From the NCBI GenBank assembly GCA_965214095.1, contig OZ243938.1:2016001-2080000 (forward strand): a DNA stretch of 64,000 bases, written 5' to 3'. The notes below the pieces were generated by a model, which was given only the letters and a program-made list of their open reading frames with translations, searched no databases and was not told the origin of the DNA. The translations under genes and the position numbers were made by a program. The DNA comes from Candidatus Poribacteria bacterium (GTDB lineage: Bacteria; Poribacteria; WGA-4E; WGA-3G). Shown here one piece after another: positions 9,843 to 21,900 of this stretch. Every line of letters starts with the position of its first letter. The stretch's first letter is position 1.

Positions 9843-11531
9843 TTAATTCTCAATATACAAATTCGGAATTTTCTTCTTGAGTTTACGAATCTGGGTTTTG
9901 TCTTGAATTGAATTATCTTTGAGAAATAAATACCTTAACCGCTTACAATTTTCAATGGGACTAATGTTACGGATTTGATTTTCATGAAGATCCAAGTATC
10001 CAAGTTGTGTCAAACGAGAAAGCGGAGTGACATTGCTAATATGATTCTTATAAAGCGTTAAGTGCTTCAACTGCGTCAGATTAGTGAGTGGTGTTAGGTC
10101 GTTTATCTGATTTCCACCAAGCTTTAATTGTATCAGTCGCGTCAAATTGGTGAGTGGTGTAAGGTCGCTGATGTGAGTTATCGCGAGTCCTAAATATGTC
10201 AATTGTGTTAAATCAGCAATTGGAGTGAGGTCACTAATTTGATTACGAGAGAGCTTCAAGGTCTTCAACTGCTTTAAATCAGCGAGGGGTGTAAGGTTAC
10301 TAATTTGATTACGAGAAAGATCTAAGCGTTTAAGCTGCTTTAGACCGCTAACCGGTGTAAGATCACTAATTTGATTATCATCAAGCGATAACTCTGTCAA
10401 CTCTGTTAACTTATTGAGTATTGTAAGGTCGTGGATTTGAGTGCCAGAAAGTCTTAATCGCTTCAATGTTTTCACTTTAGACAAGAGCGTTGCAAGAGGT
10501 GATAGGTCATTAATTTGAAGGTTATCAACTACTAAATGCGTTAATTGTGTCAACTCCGCAAGTGGTGTGAGATCACTAATTGGATTGTTTTCAAGTCTCA
10601 AATCTGTCAATTGTGTCAACTCCGCAAGTGGTGTGAGATCATTGATTAGATTATCACCAAGACTTAAAAGCAGCAATTGCTTCAATTCTGTAAGCGGTGA
10701 AATGTCTTCAATTTTATTATCAGTGAGCCATAAGTAATCAAGTTGTGTTAATCCGGCGAGTGGTGAAATATCTTCAATTTTGTTAGAATTAAGTGCCAAG
10801 TGATTCAGTCTCGTCAAATTAGCCAATGGTGTGATGTCACGAATCTGATTAGCACGGAGGTTTAAATATCCGAGCTCCGTGAATCCTGTAAACTGTGACA
10901 GATCCTCTATTTTATTGAATTCAATAGTTAATGCTTTCAGTTGCTTTAACTCGGTGAGTGGTGTGATGTCGCTAATAGAATTCCTACCACTGAATTGATT
11001 CTGCCAAATATGTTGGCTTCCCGCAATTCTTAACTCGTTCAGTTCTGTTAATTCAGCAAGTGGTGTGAGACCTTTGTTTGAATAATTGCTAAGCCATAAG
11101 CGTTTTAGTTGTTTTAACTTAGCAAGCGGGAGAAAATCTTGAATTGGATTTTTCTCAAGTTTTAATTCTGTCAGGTGTACCAATCCGGATAAAGGTGTGA
11201 TGTCAAAGATTTCATTACTATATAGATCTAACGTTTCCAATTGTGTCAATTCTGCAAGAGGTGTGATATCATTTAGATGGTTATATGATAGTTTTAAAGT
11301 CGTTAAACCCGTTGCTTCTTCTAATCCATTTAAGTTCTTGATCTCTCTTGCTTCTGCAGAAAACTCTTTTAGTTCTTTCAGATTCTCTTTCGGAATTGGT
11401 TCGGTTTCCGCTATACCAAGCACTTCACGTACGGCAGCAGCTAAGTTAGGATCTGGTATTGCCACATTTTGGTTAGATGAGCAACTTAGGAAAACCGCAA
11501 GAAGTATAAGAATAGTAAAAGAATGTTTCAT
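9843..11531 (-). CDS. Internalin-like leucine-rich repeat lipoprotein
   Basis: Lipobox-like FLSC; cap IPDPNLAAAVREVLG; about 22 22-aa repeats LxxLxLxxNxIxDLxPL. Confidence 0.9.
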   Translation of the reverse strand: MKHSFTILILLAVFLSCSSNQNVAIPDPNLAAAVREVLGIAETEPIPKENLKELKEFSAEAREIKNLNGLEEATGLTTLKLSYNHLNDITPLAELTQLETLDLYSNEIFDITPLSGLVHLTELKLEKNPIQDFLPLAKLKQLKRLWLSNYSNKGLTPLAELTELNELRIAGSQHIWQNQFSGRNSISDITPLTELKQLKALTIEFNKIEDLSQFTGFTELGYLNLRANQIRDITPLANLTRLNHLALNSNKIEDISPLAGLTQLDYLWLTDNKIEDISPLTELKQLLLLSLGDNLINDLTPLAELTQLTDLRLENNPISDLTPLAELTQLTHLVVDNLQINDLSPLATLLSKVKTLKRLRLSGTQIHDLTILNKLTELTELSLDDNQISDLTPVSGLKQLKRLDLSRNQISNLTPLADLKQLKTLKLSRNQISDLTPIADLTQLTYLGLAITHISDLTPLTNLTRLIQLKLGGNQINDLTPLTNLTQLKHLTLYKNHISNVTPLSRLTQLGYLDLHENQIRNISPIENCKRLRYLFLKDNSIQDKTQIRKLKKKIPNLYIEN

Positions 11532-11614
11532 TGATTATACCTTGACATAAATTATAGCAAAAATGTGAGTTTTCAGCGCGCTTGCAAAACGCGCTTGCAT
11601 ATAATTATTTACAA

Positions 11615-13081
11615 TTATACCAAGATTTCGTTGACGACACGCGCTTTTTCTTCAACACCAGTCAACCGATGATCTAATCCTTGGAACTTGTATGTCAACC
11701 GTTCATGGTCAATACCGAGTTGGTTGAGGATAGTTGCGTTTAGGTCTCGGACAGAAACAGGGTCTTTGATGACGTTGTAACTGAAATCGTCAGTTTCACC
11801 GTAAACGATTCCGGGTTTGATACCAGCTCCTGCCATCCACATCGTAAAGCATTTCGGGTGATGGTCCCGTCCGTAGTTATCCTTTTTGAGTGCCCCTTGG
11901 CAGTAGACGGTGCGTCCGAATTCACCACCCCACACAACGAGTGTATCGTCAAGCATACCGCGCTGTTTTAGGTCTTGGACAAGTGCTGTAGAGGGTTGGT
12001 CAATGTCACGACACTGATTTCTTATATCGTTGGGTAGGTTCCCGTGCTGGTCCCAACCACGATGGAAGATTTGAACGAGTCGTACATCGCGTTCCATCAT
12101 CCGCCGTGCGAGGATACAACAATTTGCGAATGTGCCGGGTGTGTTGACATCGGGTCCGTACTTCTCCTTGATGTTGTCCGGTTCCTGATTTAGGTCTGTG
12201 AGTTCGGGAACAGAGGACTGCATGCGGAATGCCATTTCATACTGTGAGATACGCGCATGCGTTTCTGGATCGCCGACTTCTTCATAGATTTCTTCGTTGA
12301 GTTTGACTAACGTGTCAAGCATCCGTTTTCGTGTCTTTTCATTCATGCCTTTCGGATTAGATAGGAAAAGCACGGGATCACCTTGACTACGGAGCAGAAC
12401 ACCTTGATGCTCGGAAGGCAAGAATCCTGAACCCCAGAGGCGGTTATAGAGTGCTTGTGCAGATTTTCTCCCAGTCCATGTTGCGTTCATAACAATGAAA
12501 GCGGGAAGGTTTCTGTTTTCAGTGCCTAACCCGTAGCTAAGCCATGCGCCGAGACTTGGTTTGCCGGGAGTTTCATCACCTGTGCAAACAAAGGTGATCG
12601 CAGGGTCGTGGTTAATGGCATCAGTATGTACCGATTTGACGATAGCGATGTCCTTTACCATCGTTGCGGTATGTGGGAGCAATTCGCTGAGCCATGCGCC
12701 GTCACTACCGTTGTCGTGCTTTTTAAACTCAAAGATGGAAGGGGCAATTGGGAAACGTTTCTGTCCGGAGGTCATCGTAGTGAGACGTTGTCCCATCCGA
12801 ACGGTCTCAGGTAAGTCTTTATCAAAGAATTCACCCATCTTGGGTTTGTAGTCATACATATCCATCTGTGAGGGTGCGCCGGACATAAATAGGTAGATAG
12901 CGCGTTTTGCTTTTGGTGCGAAATGTGGAAGTTCAGATAATCCACCAGTTTGTTGTTCAAGGGCGCGGACGATGCTATTCGGTAGCAGCGAAGCGAGAGC
13001 AGCACCGCCAAGTCCCATCGCACATTTACCGAAAAATTGTCGGCGTGTTTCAAGCTGCAAATATTCTTTGATCGGGTCCAT
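11615..13081 (-). CDS. DUF1501 domain protein (Tat-exported, sulfatase-like), copy 2
   Basis: Tat motif TRRQFF; [36 protein letters not shown] motifs. Confidence 0.88.
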   Translation of the reverse strand: MDPIKEYLQLETRRQFFGKCAMGLGGAALASLLPNSIVRALEQQTGGLSELPHFAPKAKRAIYLFMSGAPSQMDMYDYKPKMGEFFDKDLPETVRMGQRLTTMTSGQKRFPIAPSIFEFKKHDNGSDGAWLSELLPHTATMVKDIAIVKSVHTDAINHDPAITFVCTGDETPGKPSLGAWLSYGLGTENRNLPAFIVMNATWTGRKSAQALYNRLWGSGFLPSEHQGVLLRSQGDPVLFLSNPKGMNEKTRKRMLDTLVKLNEEIYEEVGDPETHARISQYEMAFRMQSSVPELTDLNQEPDNIKEKYGPDVNTPGTFANCCILARRMMERDVRLVQIFHRGWDQHGNLPNDIRNQCRDIDQPSTALVQDLKQRGMLDDTLVVWGGEFGRTVYCQGALKKDNYGRDHHPKCFTMWMAGAGIKPGIVYGETDDFSYNVIKDPVSVRDLNATILNQLGIDHERLTYKFQGLDHRLTGVEEKARVVNEILV

Positions 13082-13144
13082 TGTCAGTCTCCTTTAGAAA
13101 AATTTCCTCATGATTCAGTGATGCTTTGTTATCCAATGCAGTTT

Positions 13145-13281
13145 TATAGTAAAACTACAATTATTTACACACTACGGTAGGTTCGGTTTCCTAACCGAAC
13201 CGGTGTTTGTTCAGTGTTATAGATGCGGTTAGGAAACCGCATCTACCGGGGAGTGTGCATGTATTTTTACATTTCACTATA
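13145..13281. mobile_element. 137-bp TATAGT-ended MITE with two inverted REP hairpins
   Basis: TATAGT...ACTATA ends; its reverse complement matches the two outer parts of the 40969-41471 element nearly base for base. Confidence 0.75.
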
Positions 13282-13323
13282 ATATTGTTCTACATCTGAA
13301 AGTTGTTTTATGGCACGTTAATC

Positions 13324-13491
13324 CTAACTTCGACTCGCAAGTTTATTGGCGAAAATACTGATTAGTCCACCGAGCATGACATATCCGAATATGACTTCAA
13401 GTGTAACGAGGATACGAGCCGCTGTATTATCCGCGACCACATCCCCGAATCCCAGTGTTGTAAAGGTTACGATACTGAAGTAAACTGACAT
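13324..13491 (-). pseudogene. 55-codon remnant or mini-ORF: pore loop plus last TM helix of the ion-channel gene at 7292-8461
   Basis: Translates to MSVYFSIVTFTTLGFGDVVADNTAARILVTLEVIFGYVMLGGLISIFANKLASRS*, nearly identical to the C-terminus of 7292-8461. Confidence 0.8.
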
Positions 13492-13546
13492 TCTATAAAT
13501 CTATGGATATTTGTATTACGTCAATAGAGAATTTCACAAAACTAAT

Positions 13547-15025
13547 TTATGCTAATATCTCATTAACAACACGTGCTTTTTCTTCAACGCCAGTTAATCG
13601 GTGGTCGAGTCCTTGGAACTTATAGGTTAACCGTTCGTGGTCAATCCCAAGTTGGTTGAGGATAGTTGCGTTTAGATCTCTGACAGGGACGGGGTCTTTT
13701 ACGATGTTGTAACTGAAGTCGTCCGTTTCACCGTAGACAATTCCGCCTTTGATGCCAGCACCTGCCATCCACATCGTGAAGCATTTCGGGTGATGGTCAC
13801 GTCCATAATTATCCTTCTTGAGAGCACCTTGGCAGTAAACGGTTCTTCCGAATTCACCACCCCACACAACGAGTGTATCGTCAAGCATACCGCGTTGTTT
13901 CAAGTCTTGGACGAGTGCGGTTGCGGGTTGGTCAATGTCGCGTGCTTGATTTCTAATGTTCTTGGGCAAATCACCGTGCTGGTCCCAACCGCGATGGAAG
14001 ATCTGTACCAGGCGGACATCGCGTTCCATCATTCTACGCGCAAGGATGCAGCAATTTGCAAAAGTGCCGGGTGTGTCAACTTCGGGACCATACATCTCCT
14101 TAACTTTGTCAGATTCCTGTTTTAAGTCTGTGAGTTCGGGAACTGAGGTCTGCATGCGATATGCCATCTCATATTGTGAGATACGGGCATGCGTTTCTGG
14201 ATCACCGACTTCTTCATAGATTTCCTCGTTGAGCTTGACTAACGTATCAAGCATCTGTTTGCGTGTCTTTTCATTCATTCCTTTCGGATTTGAGAGGAAC
14301 AGCACCGGATCGCCTTGACTGCGGAGTAGCACCCCTTGATGTTCTGATGGAAGGAAACCGGAACCCCAGAGACGGTTATAGAGTGCTTGTGCACCCTTTG
14401 GACCGCTCCATGTTGCGTTCATCACAATGAATGCGGGTAGGTTTTGGTTTTCACTACCGAGACCATAACTCAACCATGCACCGAGACTGGGTTTGCCGGG
14501 GGTTTCGTCTCCAGTACACACAAAGGTGATTGCTGGGTCGTGGTTGATCGCATCAGTATGTACCGATTTGACAATAGCAATGTCCTTTACCATAGATGCA
14601 GTATGAGGTAACAATTCGCTAAGCCATGCACCATCGCCACCGTTGTCATGCTTTTTGAACTCAAAGATAGAAGGCGCGATTGGAAAACGTGCTTGTCCGG
14701 AGGTCATCGTGGTGAGACGTTGTCCCATCCGAACGGTCTCAGGTAAGTCTTTATCGAAGAATTCACCCATTTTTGGTTTGTAGTCAAATAGGTCCATCTG
14801 TGATGGTGCCCCTGACATAAATAGGTAAATGGCGCGTTTTGCTTTTGGTGCGAAGTGCGGGAGTTCAGGTAAACCGCCAACTCGTACTCCTGCTTGCTGT
14901 TCAAGTGCAGTGGCAACGCTATTGGGCAGTAATGATGCGAGGGCTGCACCACCAAGTCCCATTGCACACTTGCCGAAGAATTGGCGACGTGTTTCAAGTT
15001 TTAAAAATTCCTTAATCGGGTCCAT
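13547..15025 (-). CDS. DUF1501 domain protein (Tat-exported, sulfatase-like), copy 1
   Basis: Same motifs as 11615-13081 and a highly similar protein; start MDPIKEF at 15025 follows an AAGGAGA RBS. Confidence 0.88.
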   Translation of the reverse strand: MDPIKEFLKLETRRQFFGKCAMGLGGAALASLLPNSVATALEQQAGVRVGGLPELPHFAPKAKRAIYLFMSGAPSQMDLFDYKPKMGEFFDKDLPETVRMGQRLTTMTSGQARFPIAPSIFEFKKHDNGGDGAWLSELLPHTASMVKDIAIVKSVHTDAINHDPAITFVCTGDETPGKPSLGAWLSYGLGSENQNLPAFIVMNATWSGPKGAQALYNRLWGSGFLPSEHQGVLLRSQGDPVLFLSNPKGMNEKTRKQMLDTLVKLNEEIYEEVGDPETHARISQYEMAYRMQTSVPELTDLKQESDKVKEMYGPEVDTPGTFANCCILARRMMERDVRLVQIFHRGWDQHGDLPKNIRNQARDIDQPATALVQDLKQRGMLDDTLVVWGGEFGRTVYCQGALKKDNYGRDHHPKCFTMWMAGAGIKGGIVYGETDDFSYNIVKDPVPVRDLNATILNQLGIDHERLTYKFQGLDHRLTGVEEKARVVNEILA

Positions 15026-15075
15026 TATAATCTCCTTTTGCAATGCCTACTGCTAATTTAGGACATTGCTACGCT

Positions 15076-18036
15076 TTACCTATTTGCAGGTGGTGGTTGA
15101 ATATTCAGTTCCTCAGGTGCTGGAATATCCAGCTCTAAATCCGGCAGTTGTTCAAGTAATTTTTGAAACGGTTCCATATTCTGAATTGGATTTTGGCTTA
15201 CAGCTAAACGGTTTAGATTTGTAAGGTCTTCAATATAGCTAAAATCACTAATTTGATTAGTCGAGAGCACTAATTCATTTAATTTTGTTAATCCACCAAG
15301 CGGCTTTATGTCACTGATTTGGTTGCTGTTAAGATGCAATATCGTCAATTCTGTTAACTCAGTAAGTGGTGTAATGTCAGTAATTCGGTTTCCCCAAATC
15401 CATATCCAAGCCAATTGTTTCATGCCAGCGAGTGGTTTGATGTCACTAATTTCGTTCCTGCCGAGTGCTAAATCTGTCATCTCCGTTAACCCCGCGAGTG
15501 GTTTGATGTCACTGATCTGATTCTTTTGAAGATTCAGTGCCACTAATCCCTTCAATTTAGTGAGTGCGGTAATGCCACTAATCTGATTTTCCCCAAGATA
15601 TAAGTGCGTCAATTGTGTTAGATCCTTGAGTGGTACTATGTCACTGATTTGATTCCGCCAAACCCACAGCTTTGTCAATCGATTTAAATTAGCAAGCGGT
15701 TTTATGTCGGTGATCTGATTTCCGCCAAGGTTTAACTCTACTAACTGTTTCAATTCTGAGAGAGGGGTGATGTTATTGATCTGATTTCTATGAAGTCGTA
15801 ACTTCGTCAACTGCGTTAAGTTTTTGAGCGGTTTTATGTCGGTGATCTGATTAGTATTGAGCCGTAATTCAGACAATTGTGTCAGTCCACCGATTTGGCT
15901 AATATCACTAATCTGATTTCCCCAAAGCAGTAACTTTGATAGCTGTTTCAAGTTAGCAAGTGGTGAAATATCAGCAATCTGATTTCCGGCAAGGTTTAAC
16001 TCCACTAAGTCTGTCAAGTTAGCGAGTGGTGTGATGTCAGTAATCTGATTATCAATGAGGACAATCTCGCTTAATTGAGTCAATCCGGTGAGTGGTGTAA
16101 TGTCACTGATTTCATTGTCACGAGTATATAATTTGGTAAGTTTCGTTAAATTTGCAAGTGGTGTAAGATCACTGATCGGAGTATAGTGTAACCATAGTTC
16201 AGCGAGTTGTGTCAAACTTGCTATAGGTTTCAGATCACTTATCTGGTTTCTTATAATATTTAGTGTCTCTAAGTTTGTTGCATTTTCCAGACCAGTTAAG
16301 TCTTTTATGTTTTTGTTACTTACGTCTAATCTTTTTAGTGTTTTCAACTTCTCTATTGGAATAGGCTCGTTACGTTCAATATTAAGTTCATCTCTTATTG
16401 CGTCTGCTAAATTGACATCAGGAATTGTCGGATCTAATTTTGTTGAACTTGGAAGTTGTACCTTAATATCAGTATTTAAATTTGGATTTTGTTCCAATAG
16501 TTTTTCAAGTGGTTCCATATCTTGAATTGGATTTCCTGTAACACGTAAACGCGTTAAACTTGTCAGGTTTTCAACAGGACTAATATCCTTAATTTGATTG
16601 CCATACATCAATAATTCTGTCAACTTCGTTAATTCTGCGAGCGATTTGATGTCGTTGATCTGATTGGATGCAAGCCATAACTGTGTGAGTTCCGTCAACC
16701 CAGCAATTGGTGTGATGTTGTCAATTTCATTTCCGCTGAGCAATAAACTACGAAGTTTTGTTAGACCTTCAATTGGTTTAATGTCACTGATTCCATTATC
16801 GTAAAGGGATAATGATGTCAACTGTGTCAATCTTGATAAGGTTTTGATGTCGCTGATTTGATTTCCACTGAGGGATAAATATGTTAATTGTGTTAATCCC
16901 GTCAGTGGTGCGATGTCTTGGATCTGATTGCCGGAAAGATCTAGACGCGTCAATTGTGTTAGATTAGCAAGAGGCGTAATGTCAGAAATCTGATTATTTA
17001 AAAGTAATAAGGATGCCAACTGTTTCAAGTTAGCAAGTGGTGTGATGTTGCTAATCTGATTCCTCCAGATGCGCAACCATGTCAACTTCGTCAATCCAGA
17101 AAGTGATGTTATGTCACGAACTTGATTATCCATGAAAGTTAAGTCTGTCAGTTGTGTCAATCCAGCGAGTGGCGTAATGTCGCTGATTTGATTGTCGTCA
17201 AGCCATAATGTTGTAAGTTTGGTTAGTCCAGCAAGCGGGGTAATGTCGTTAATCTGATTTTCTATGAGGTATAACTTTTCCAGTTTCGTTAGTCCAGCAA
17301 GCGGGGTAATGTCATTGATAGGATTTTTCGTGAGGTATAAGTCTGTTAGCATAGTCAATCCAGCAAGCGGGGTAATGTCACTGATTTGACTTTCCCAAAG
17401 CCATAACTTCCTCAATTCTGTCATACCTGAGAATAGTGTTAAGTCGTTGATCAGATTTCCCCCAAGACTTAACTCTCTTAACTGTTTCATTCTTTCAAGC
17501 GGGGTAATGTCATTGAGTGGATTATTCCAAAGATATAATTGCGTCAGTTGCGTCAGTCCAGCAATTGGTTTTATATCACTGATTTGATTATTGTTACACC
17601 ATAGTTCTGTGAGTCTCGTCAAGCCAGCAAGCTGAGTGATGTCATTGATTTGGTTACCAGAAATTGATAGTTTTATGAGTTCAGTTAAGCTTGCCAATGT
17701 CTTGATGTCACTGATTTGATTATTTGTCAGGTATAGTTCTGTCAGTTTTGTTAGGTTTGCAAGGGGTGTAATGTCACTAATTTGATTGTCAGTAAGTTTT
17801 AAAGTCGTTAATCCTGTTGCTTTTTCTATACCTGTTAGGTCTTTTATACCTTTTTTTGTGACATCTAAACTTTCCAATTCTTCCAACTTATTTTGTGGGA
17901 TAGGATCAGTTGGATCTAATCCGAGCACCTCACGCACAGCGATGGCTAAGTTGGCATCCGGTATCGTTACGGCATCACTATATGAAAAACTAAGGGAAGC
18001 TATGAGAATAGTTAGTATAATGCAAAAATACTTCAT
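15076..18036 (-). CDS. Secreted internalin-like LRR protein with two cap+LRR modules
   Basis: Signal peptide MKYFCIILTILIASLSFS (GGAG RBS before 18036); caps IPDANLAIAVREVLG and IPDVNLADAIRDELN; many 22-aa LRRs. Confidence 0.9.
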   Translation of the reverse strand: MKYFCIILTILIASLSFSYSDAVTIPDANLAIAVREVLGLDPTDPIPQNKLEELESLDVTKKGIKDLTGIEKATGLTTLKLTDNQISDITPLANLTKLTELYLTNNQISDIKTLASLTELIKLSISGNQINDITQLAGLTRLTELWCNNNQISDIKPIAGLTQLTQLYLWNNPLNDITPLERMKQLRELSLGGNLINDLTLFSGMTELRKLWLWESQISDITPLAGLTMLTDLYLTKNPINDITPLAGLTKLEKLYLIENQINDITPLAGLTKLTTLWLDDNQISDITPLAGLTQLTDLTFMDNQVRDITSLSGLTKLTWLRIWRNQISNITPLANLKQLASLLLLNNQISDITPLANLTQLTRLDLSGNQIQDIAPLTGLTQLTYLSLSGNQISDIKTLSRLTQLTSLSLYDNGISDIKPIEGLTKLRSLLLSGNEIDNITPIAGLTELTQLWLASNQINDIKSLAELTKLTELLMYGNQIKDISPVENLTSLTRLRVTGNPIQDMEPLEKLLEQNPNLNTDIKVQLPSSTKLDPTIPDVNLADAIRDELNIERNEPIPIEKLKTLKRLDVSNKNIKDLTGLENATNLETLNIIRNQISDLKPIASLTQLAELWLHYTPISDLTPLANLTKLTKLYTRDNEISDITPLTGLTQLSEIVLIDNQITDITPLANLTDLVELNLAGNQIADISPLANLKQLSKLLLWGNQISDISQIGGLTQLSELRLNTNQITDIKPLKNLTQLTKLRLHRNQINNITPLSELKQLVELNLGGNQITDIKPLANLNRLTKLWVWRNQISDIVPLKDLTQLTHLYLGENQISGITALTKLKGLVALNLQKNQISDIKPLAGLTEMTDLALGRNEISDIKPLAGMKQLAWIWIWGNRITDITPLTELTELTILHLNSNQISDIKPLGGLTKLNELVLSTNQISDFSYIEDLTNLNRLAVSQNPIQNMEPFQKLLEQLPDLELDIPAPEELNIQPPPANR

Positions 18037-18047
18037 TTGAACTCCAT

Positions 18048-18147
18048 TATGGTAAATTATTGAATTAATTCTACACATTGATCAGGCGAAGTTAGGAAAC
18101 CTCGCCTACCGTTGATAGAAAGTGTAGATATAATTTGCTTCACCATA
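18048..18147. mobile_element. TATGGT-ended variant MITE with REP hairpin
   Basis: Imperfect TIRs TATGGT...TCTACAC / GTGTAGA...ACCATA; internal AGGCGAAGTTAGGAAACCTCGCCTACCG. Confidence 0.55.
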
Positions 18148-18219
18148 AATAACGGGCAGATGCACTCGTTGTAGATAATCGTGTTCTTGAATTACCAACC
18201 AACAAATTGAGGTGATTAA

Positions 18220-18951
18220 TTATTCGCTTGCTTCAATATCCAGTTCTAAATCCTTCCGTTTTTTGAGTAATCCCATGTCCTGAATCGGATTCTCATTGAT
18301 ACGTAAATGCGTTAAACTCGTTAGGTTAACTATAGGTTGAATAGAGTTGATTTGATTCTTATCCAAAGCCAAATGTGTCAACTCCGTCAGTCCACCCATA
18401 GTATCTATGTCTTTAATCTGATTTCCACTAAGCCATAGGTGCGTAATTTGCTTTAAGTTTGCAATTGGACTTATATCACTAAGTTGGTTTCGCCTGATGT
18501 TCAATAACTGCATCTGTGTTAAGTTTGCAAGTGGTGAAATATTGCTAAGTTGATTATCCCAAAGTCCTAATTCAGTGAGTTGCGTTAATTCTGAAATCGG
18601 CGTGATGTCAGTGATACAATTATCGCCAAGTCCTAACTTTGTAAGTTGCGTCAAGTTTGTTAGAGGCGTGATGTCACTAATTTGATTGTCCCAAAACTCT
18701 ATATAATGCAGATTCGTTAATCCTGCAATAGGCGTGATGTCGGTGATTTGATTCTTCTGAAGTTCTAAAACTTTTAGACCAATTGCTTTCTCCAATCCTG
18801 TCAGGTCTTTTATGTTTTTCTCTTCGGCATGAAGTTTCTCTAATTTTTCAAATTTGGTTAGCGGAATAGTTTGATCCGAATTCAAACCGAGTGCTTCTCG
18901 TACTGCTGTGAATAGGTTCTTATCGGGTATTGTTACAATAGTATCAGGCAT
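18220..18951 (-). CDS. Short internalin-like LRR protein, no signal peptide
   Basis: Cap IPDKNLFTAVREALG plus about 8 LRRs. Confidence 0.88.
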   Translation of the reverse strand: MPDTIVTIPDKNLFTAVREALGLNSDQTIPLTKFEKLEKLHAEEKNIKDLTGLEKAIGLKVLELQKNQITDITPIAGLTNLHYIEFWDNQISDITPLTNLTQLTKLGLGDNCITDITPISELTQLTELGLWDNQLSNISPLANLTQMQLLNIRRNQLSDISPIANLKQITHLWLSGNQIKDIDTMGGLTELTHLALDKNQINSIQPIVNLTSLTHLRINENPIQDMGLLKKRKDLELDIEASE

Positions 18952-18962
18952 AACGTTATGCG

Positions 18963-18990
18963 ATGGGTACTACTAAAAAGTAGTACCCAT
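18963..18990 (-). terminator. 12-bp perfect stem-loop downstream of the cytochrome-c/PSD1 gene
   Basis: ATGGGTACTACT-AAAA-AGTAGTACCCAT; no clear U-tract, so it may be a stabilising hairpin instead. Confidence 0.4.
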
Positions 18991-18999
18991 TAAGTTTTA

Positions 19000-21900
19000 T
19001 TACCCCTTATTCAAGACTTCGTCAAGATTGAGGATAAGGTTTGCGATCATTGTCCATGTAGCGACTTCAATCGGGTCTAATTTTTCATCAGGTTTGGATT
19101 CTCCAACGGCAATGAGTTCTTTGGCAGCTTCTGGATTTGCCTTCAATTCTTCAGCGTGAACCTTCATCGTATCAAGGATAAGTGTTGCTTCCGTAGCCTT
19201 CGGTTCGCGTGCGGTTGCCATCTCAAACATATATGCGATTCGTTCCTCAGGTGTATTGCCACCCAACTTAATCGTGCGTTCAGCGAAAACACGTGCCGCT
19301 TCAAAGAACTGCGGATCGTTCATCAACATCAACGCTTGCATTGGCGTGTTTGTGCGTTCACGACGGATAGTGCATGCCTCACGTGATGGTGCGTCCAAAA
19401 TGTTCATTTGCGGTGGTGGTGCTGTTCGCTTCCAGAACGTGTAAAGGCTCCTACGATATATCTTATCAGCACCAGCATCTTTCCTGAAGGTATCCGTATT
19501 AGATCCAGTAAACCCGACTGCTTTCCATAATCCACCCGGTTGCGGGGGTTTGACGCTTGGTCCACCGATCTTTTTGAACATCAACCCACTAAGAGCAAGT
19601 GCGTTGTCACGAACGATCTCAGCATCAAACCGATACCTTGGACCGCGTGAGAGCAACACATTATCCGCATCAAGTTCCAGCTTTTCAGGTGTAACCTTTG
19701 AACTCTGTCGGTATGTTGCAGAGGTGAGCATCAGTTTCTGCATAGCTTGCACATCCCAACCAGAAGCAATAAATTCGGTTGCGAGCCAATCAAGTAGTTC
19801 CGGATGCACTGGTGGCGTGCCTTGTGTTCCAAAGTCCTCTGATGTTCTGACAATACCTGTTCCAAAAACATGTTGCCAGAAACGGTTGATCGTGACACGA
19901 GCCGTGAGAGGGTGATTTGGTGAGACTAACCATTTTGCCAATGATAGTCTATTGGGTGGTGCACCTCTTACCATCGGTGGGAGCACAGCAGGGGTCTGTG
20001 GATAGACCTGTTCGCCTCTGTGTTCATACGCACCGCGTTCCAACACATAAGCACCACGTGGTTCTGAACGTTCTTGCATAACCAATGTTGTAGTGAACGA
20101 ATTGTTCAAGGAATTCCGCTTGTTTTGCGTATCAGAAATGTCGGCGTAAAGTTTCTTCAAATCCTTATCTGTTGTAACATTCCGACGGTAGTATTCGCGT
20201 ATTTGCGTCTGTTGATCTCCGTTGCGTTGTCCTCTATCAATAGCAATGGTGTCTACGATATTTGCTGTAACCATTGGGGTATCGGATTCCATACGGAAGT
20301 AGAATCCAGACGGACCGGAATAGTTGACAACCTTCAAGAGCAAAGCATTGTTGCCTGGGTTAAGTTGAATTTGCACCTTCTCAGTATCTGGCGCAGCATC
20401 ACGTTGGATATTGTTTGCAAGCACTTCCATCTGATTTACCCACACCTTCAACGCATCATTACTACTGAGGTATAACGTTGCTTTCTGTTTGGTTTCTGAG
20501 GAGATGTTACGATAGAGATAGGTTGCACTATTTTCCCCAACGATGTCATTATGCACCTCTCCATCTGTCCAATGTGTCTGCTGTTTCCATGTCAACTCCT
20601 GTGAATCGACACTGAATTTATCACTAGTGTTGACAGGTTTGGTTTCTGGTTCATACACATTATAGAAGGCGACGTTGCCGTGTTCAGCAGTGAATGGACC
20701 GACCGAATGCCATGTTGAAATGCCAACTTTAGAACCGATAGGATAGATTGTTGGTGCATTTGTGACAGCGAGTCTGAACCGACCAAAATGGTGTTTCGCG
20801 TGTTCAGATTCATGCTTGAGTCGGATTCTTACTAACCCACCTTCCGTGCCAAATGGATTGGAAACGAGGAAAATCGCTTGTCGACTGCTTCCACGATTAT
20901 TGTTGCTTTCTAATCCCCAACCAGTTTCAAGTTTATCGTCAATTACATTTGCAATGACGAAGTCGCTACCTGCCTGCTCTTTGTCTGCCCAAGCTTTGAC
21001 GATGGGAACTGCTGTCCAAGGGTCTTTTTCCTCCACTGGTTCAGCTGCATCTTCAGATGTTTCCTCAGTATCTTTGGTTTCATCTGTTTCTGGTGTTGTA
21101 ACTTCCTCAGCAGTCTCTGCTCCTTCAATTTCAGGAGGAGCCTCTTCCCCTTCAGTTTCAGGAGGAGCCTCTTCCCCTTCAGTTTCAGGAGGCGTGTCGG
21201 CATTTTCTGTTGGTGTCTCTTCAGCAGGTTTGTTAGCATTTTCTGTTGTCTCTTCAGCAGGTTTGTCAGCAGTTTCCTCTTCATCGGTTGCTGCTGCATT
21301 TTCTGGAGTCTCTTCAGCAGTATCCGCTTCTTCGCCTGCTTCTTCTGCAGCCTTAGCTTCTTCTGCAGCCTTAGCTTCTTCTGCAGCCTTAGCTTCCTCG
21401 GCTGCCTTTTTTGCTTCTTCGGCTGCTTTCTTTATTGCTTCAGCTGCCATCTTTGCTGCTTCCTGCGCCTCAGTAAGCATCTGTTCTGACATATCAGCAG
21501 GTAAGATGTCGACAGAAAATCCTGATAAAACCACATTGCTATTGTCTGATCTTCCGATACCACTTCCGGGTAAGGCTTTGTCTGGAATCCCTTCTAACCG
21601 TATAGCACTCCATTTTCCTTGAGGTAGTTTTGCGATAACTTCATATACCTCTTTGTCTGGATTTGTGCCGCTTGCTAAAACTGAATTATCGTCCTGTATT
21701 GCGAGTGTCGCGCCACCTTGTGATAGCACTACCTCTGGTTTGATAGTTGTCCATCGCGGCATTCTGTTTTCCCAAGCGGTTTGTGCAGCGTCTATATGTG
21801 GTATTGATCCCTTACTCTGTGCGTCTAATTCTTTGATTTTGTCGTCATATTTTGCGAGTTGTGCTTGCTGCTCTGACGTTGGTAACTTCACAACTGGGGG

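Noticed and set aside
20762-21622. 286-aa Ser/Ala-rich + strand ORF
   Set aside because: Antisense shadow of the low-complexity acidic insert in the PSD1 gene.
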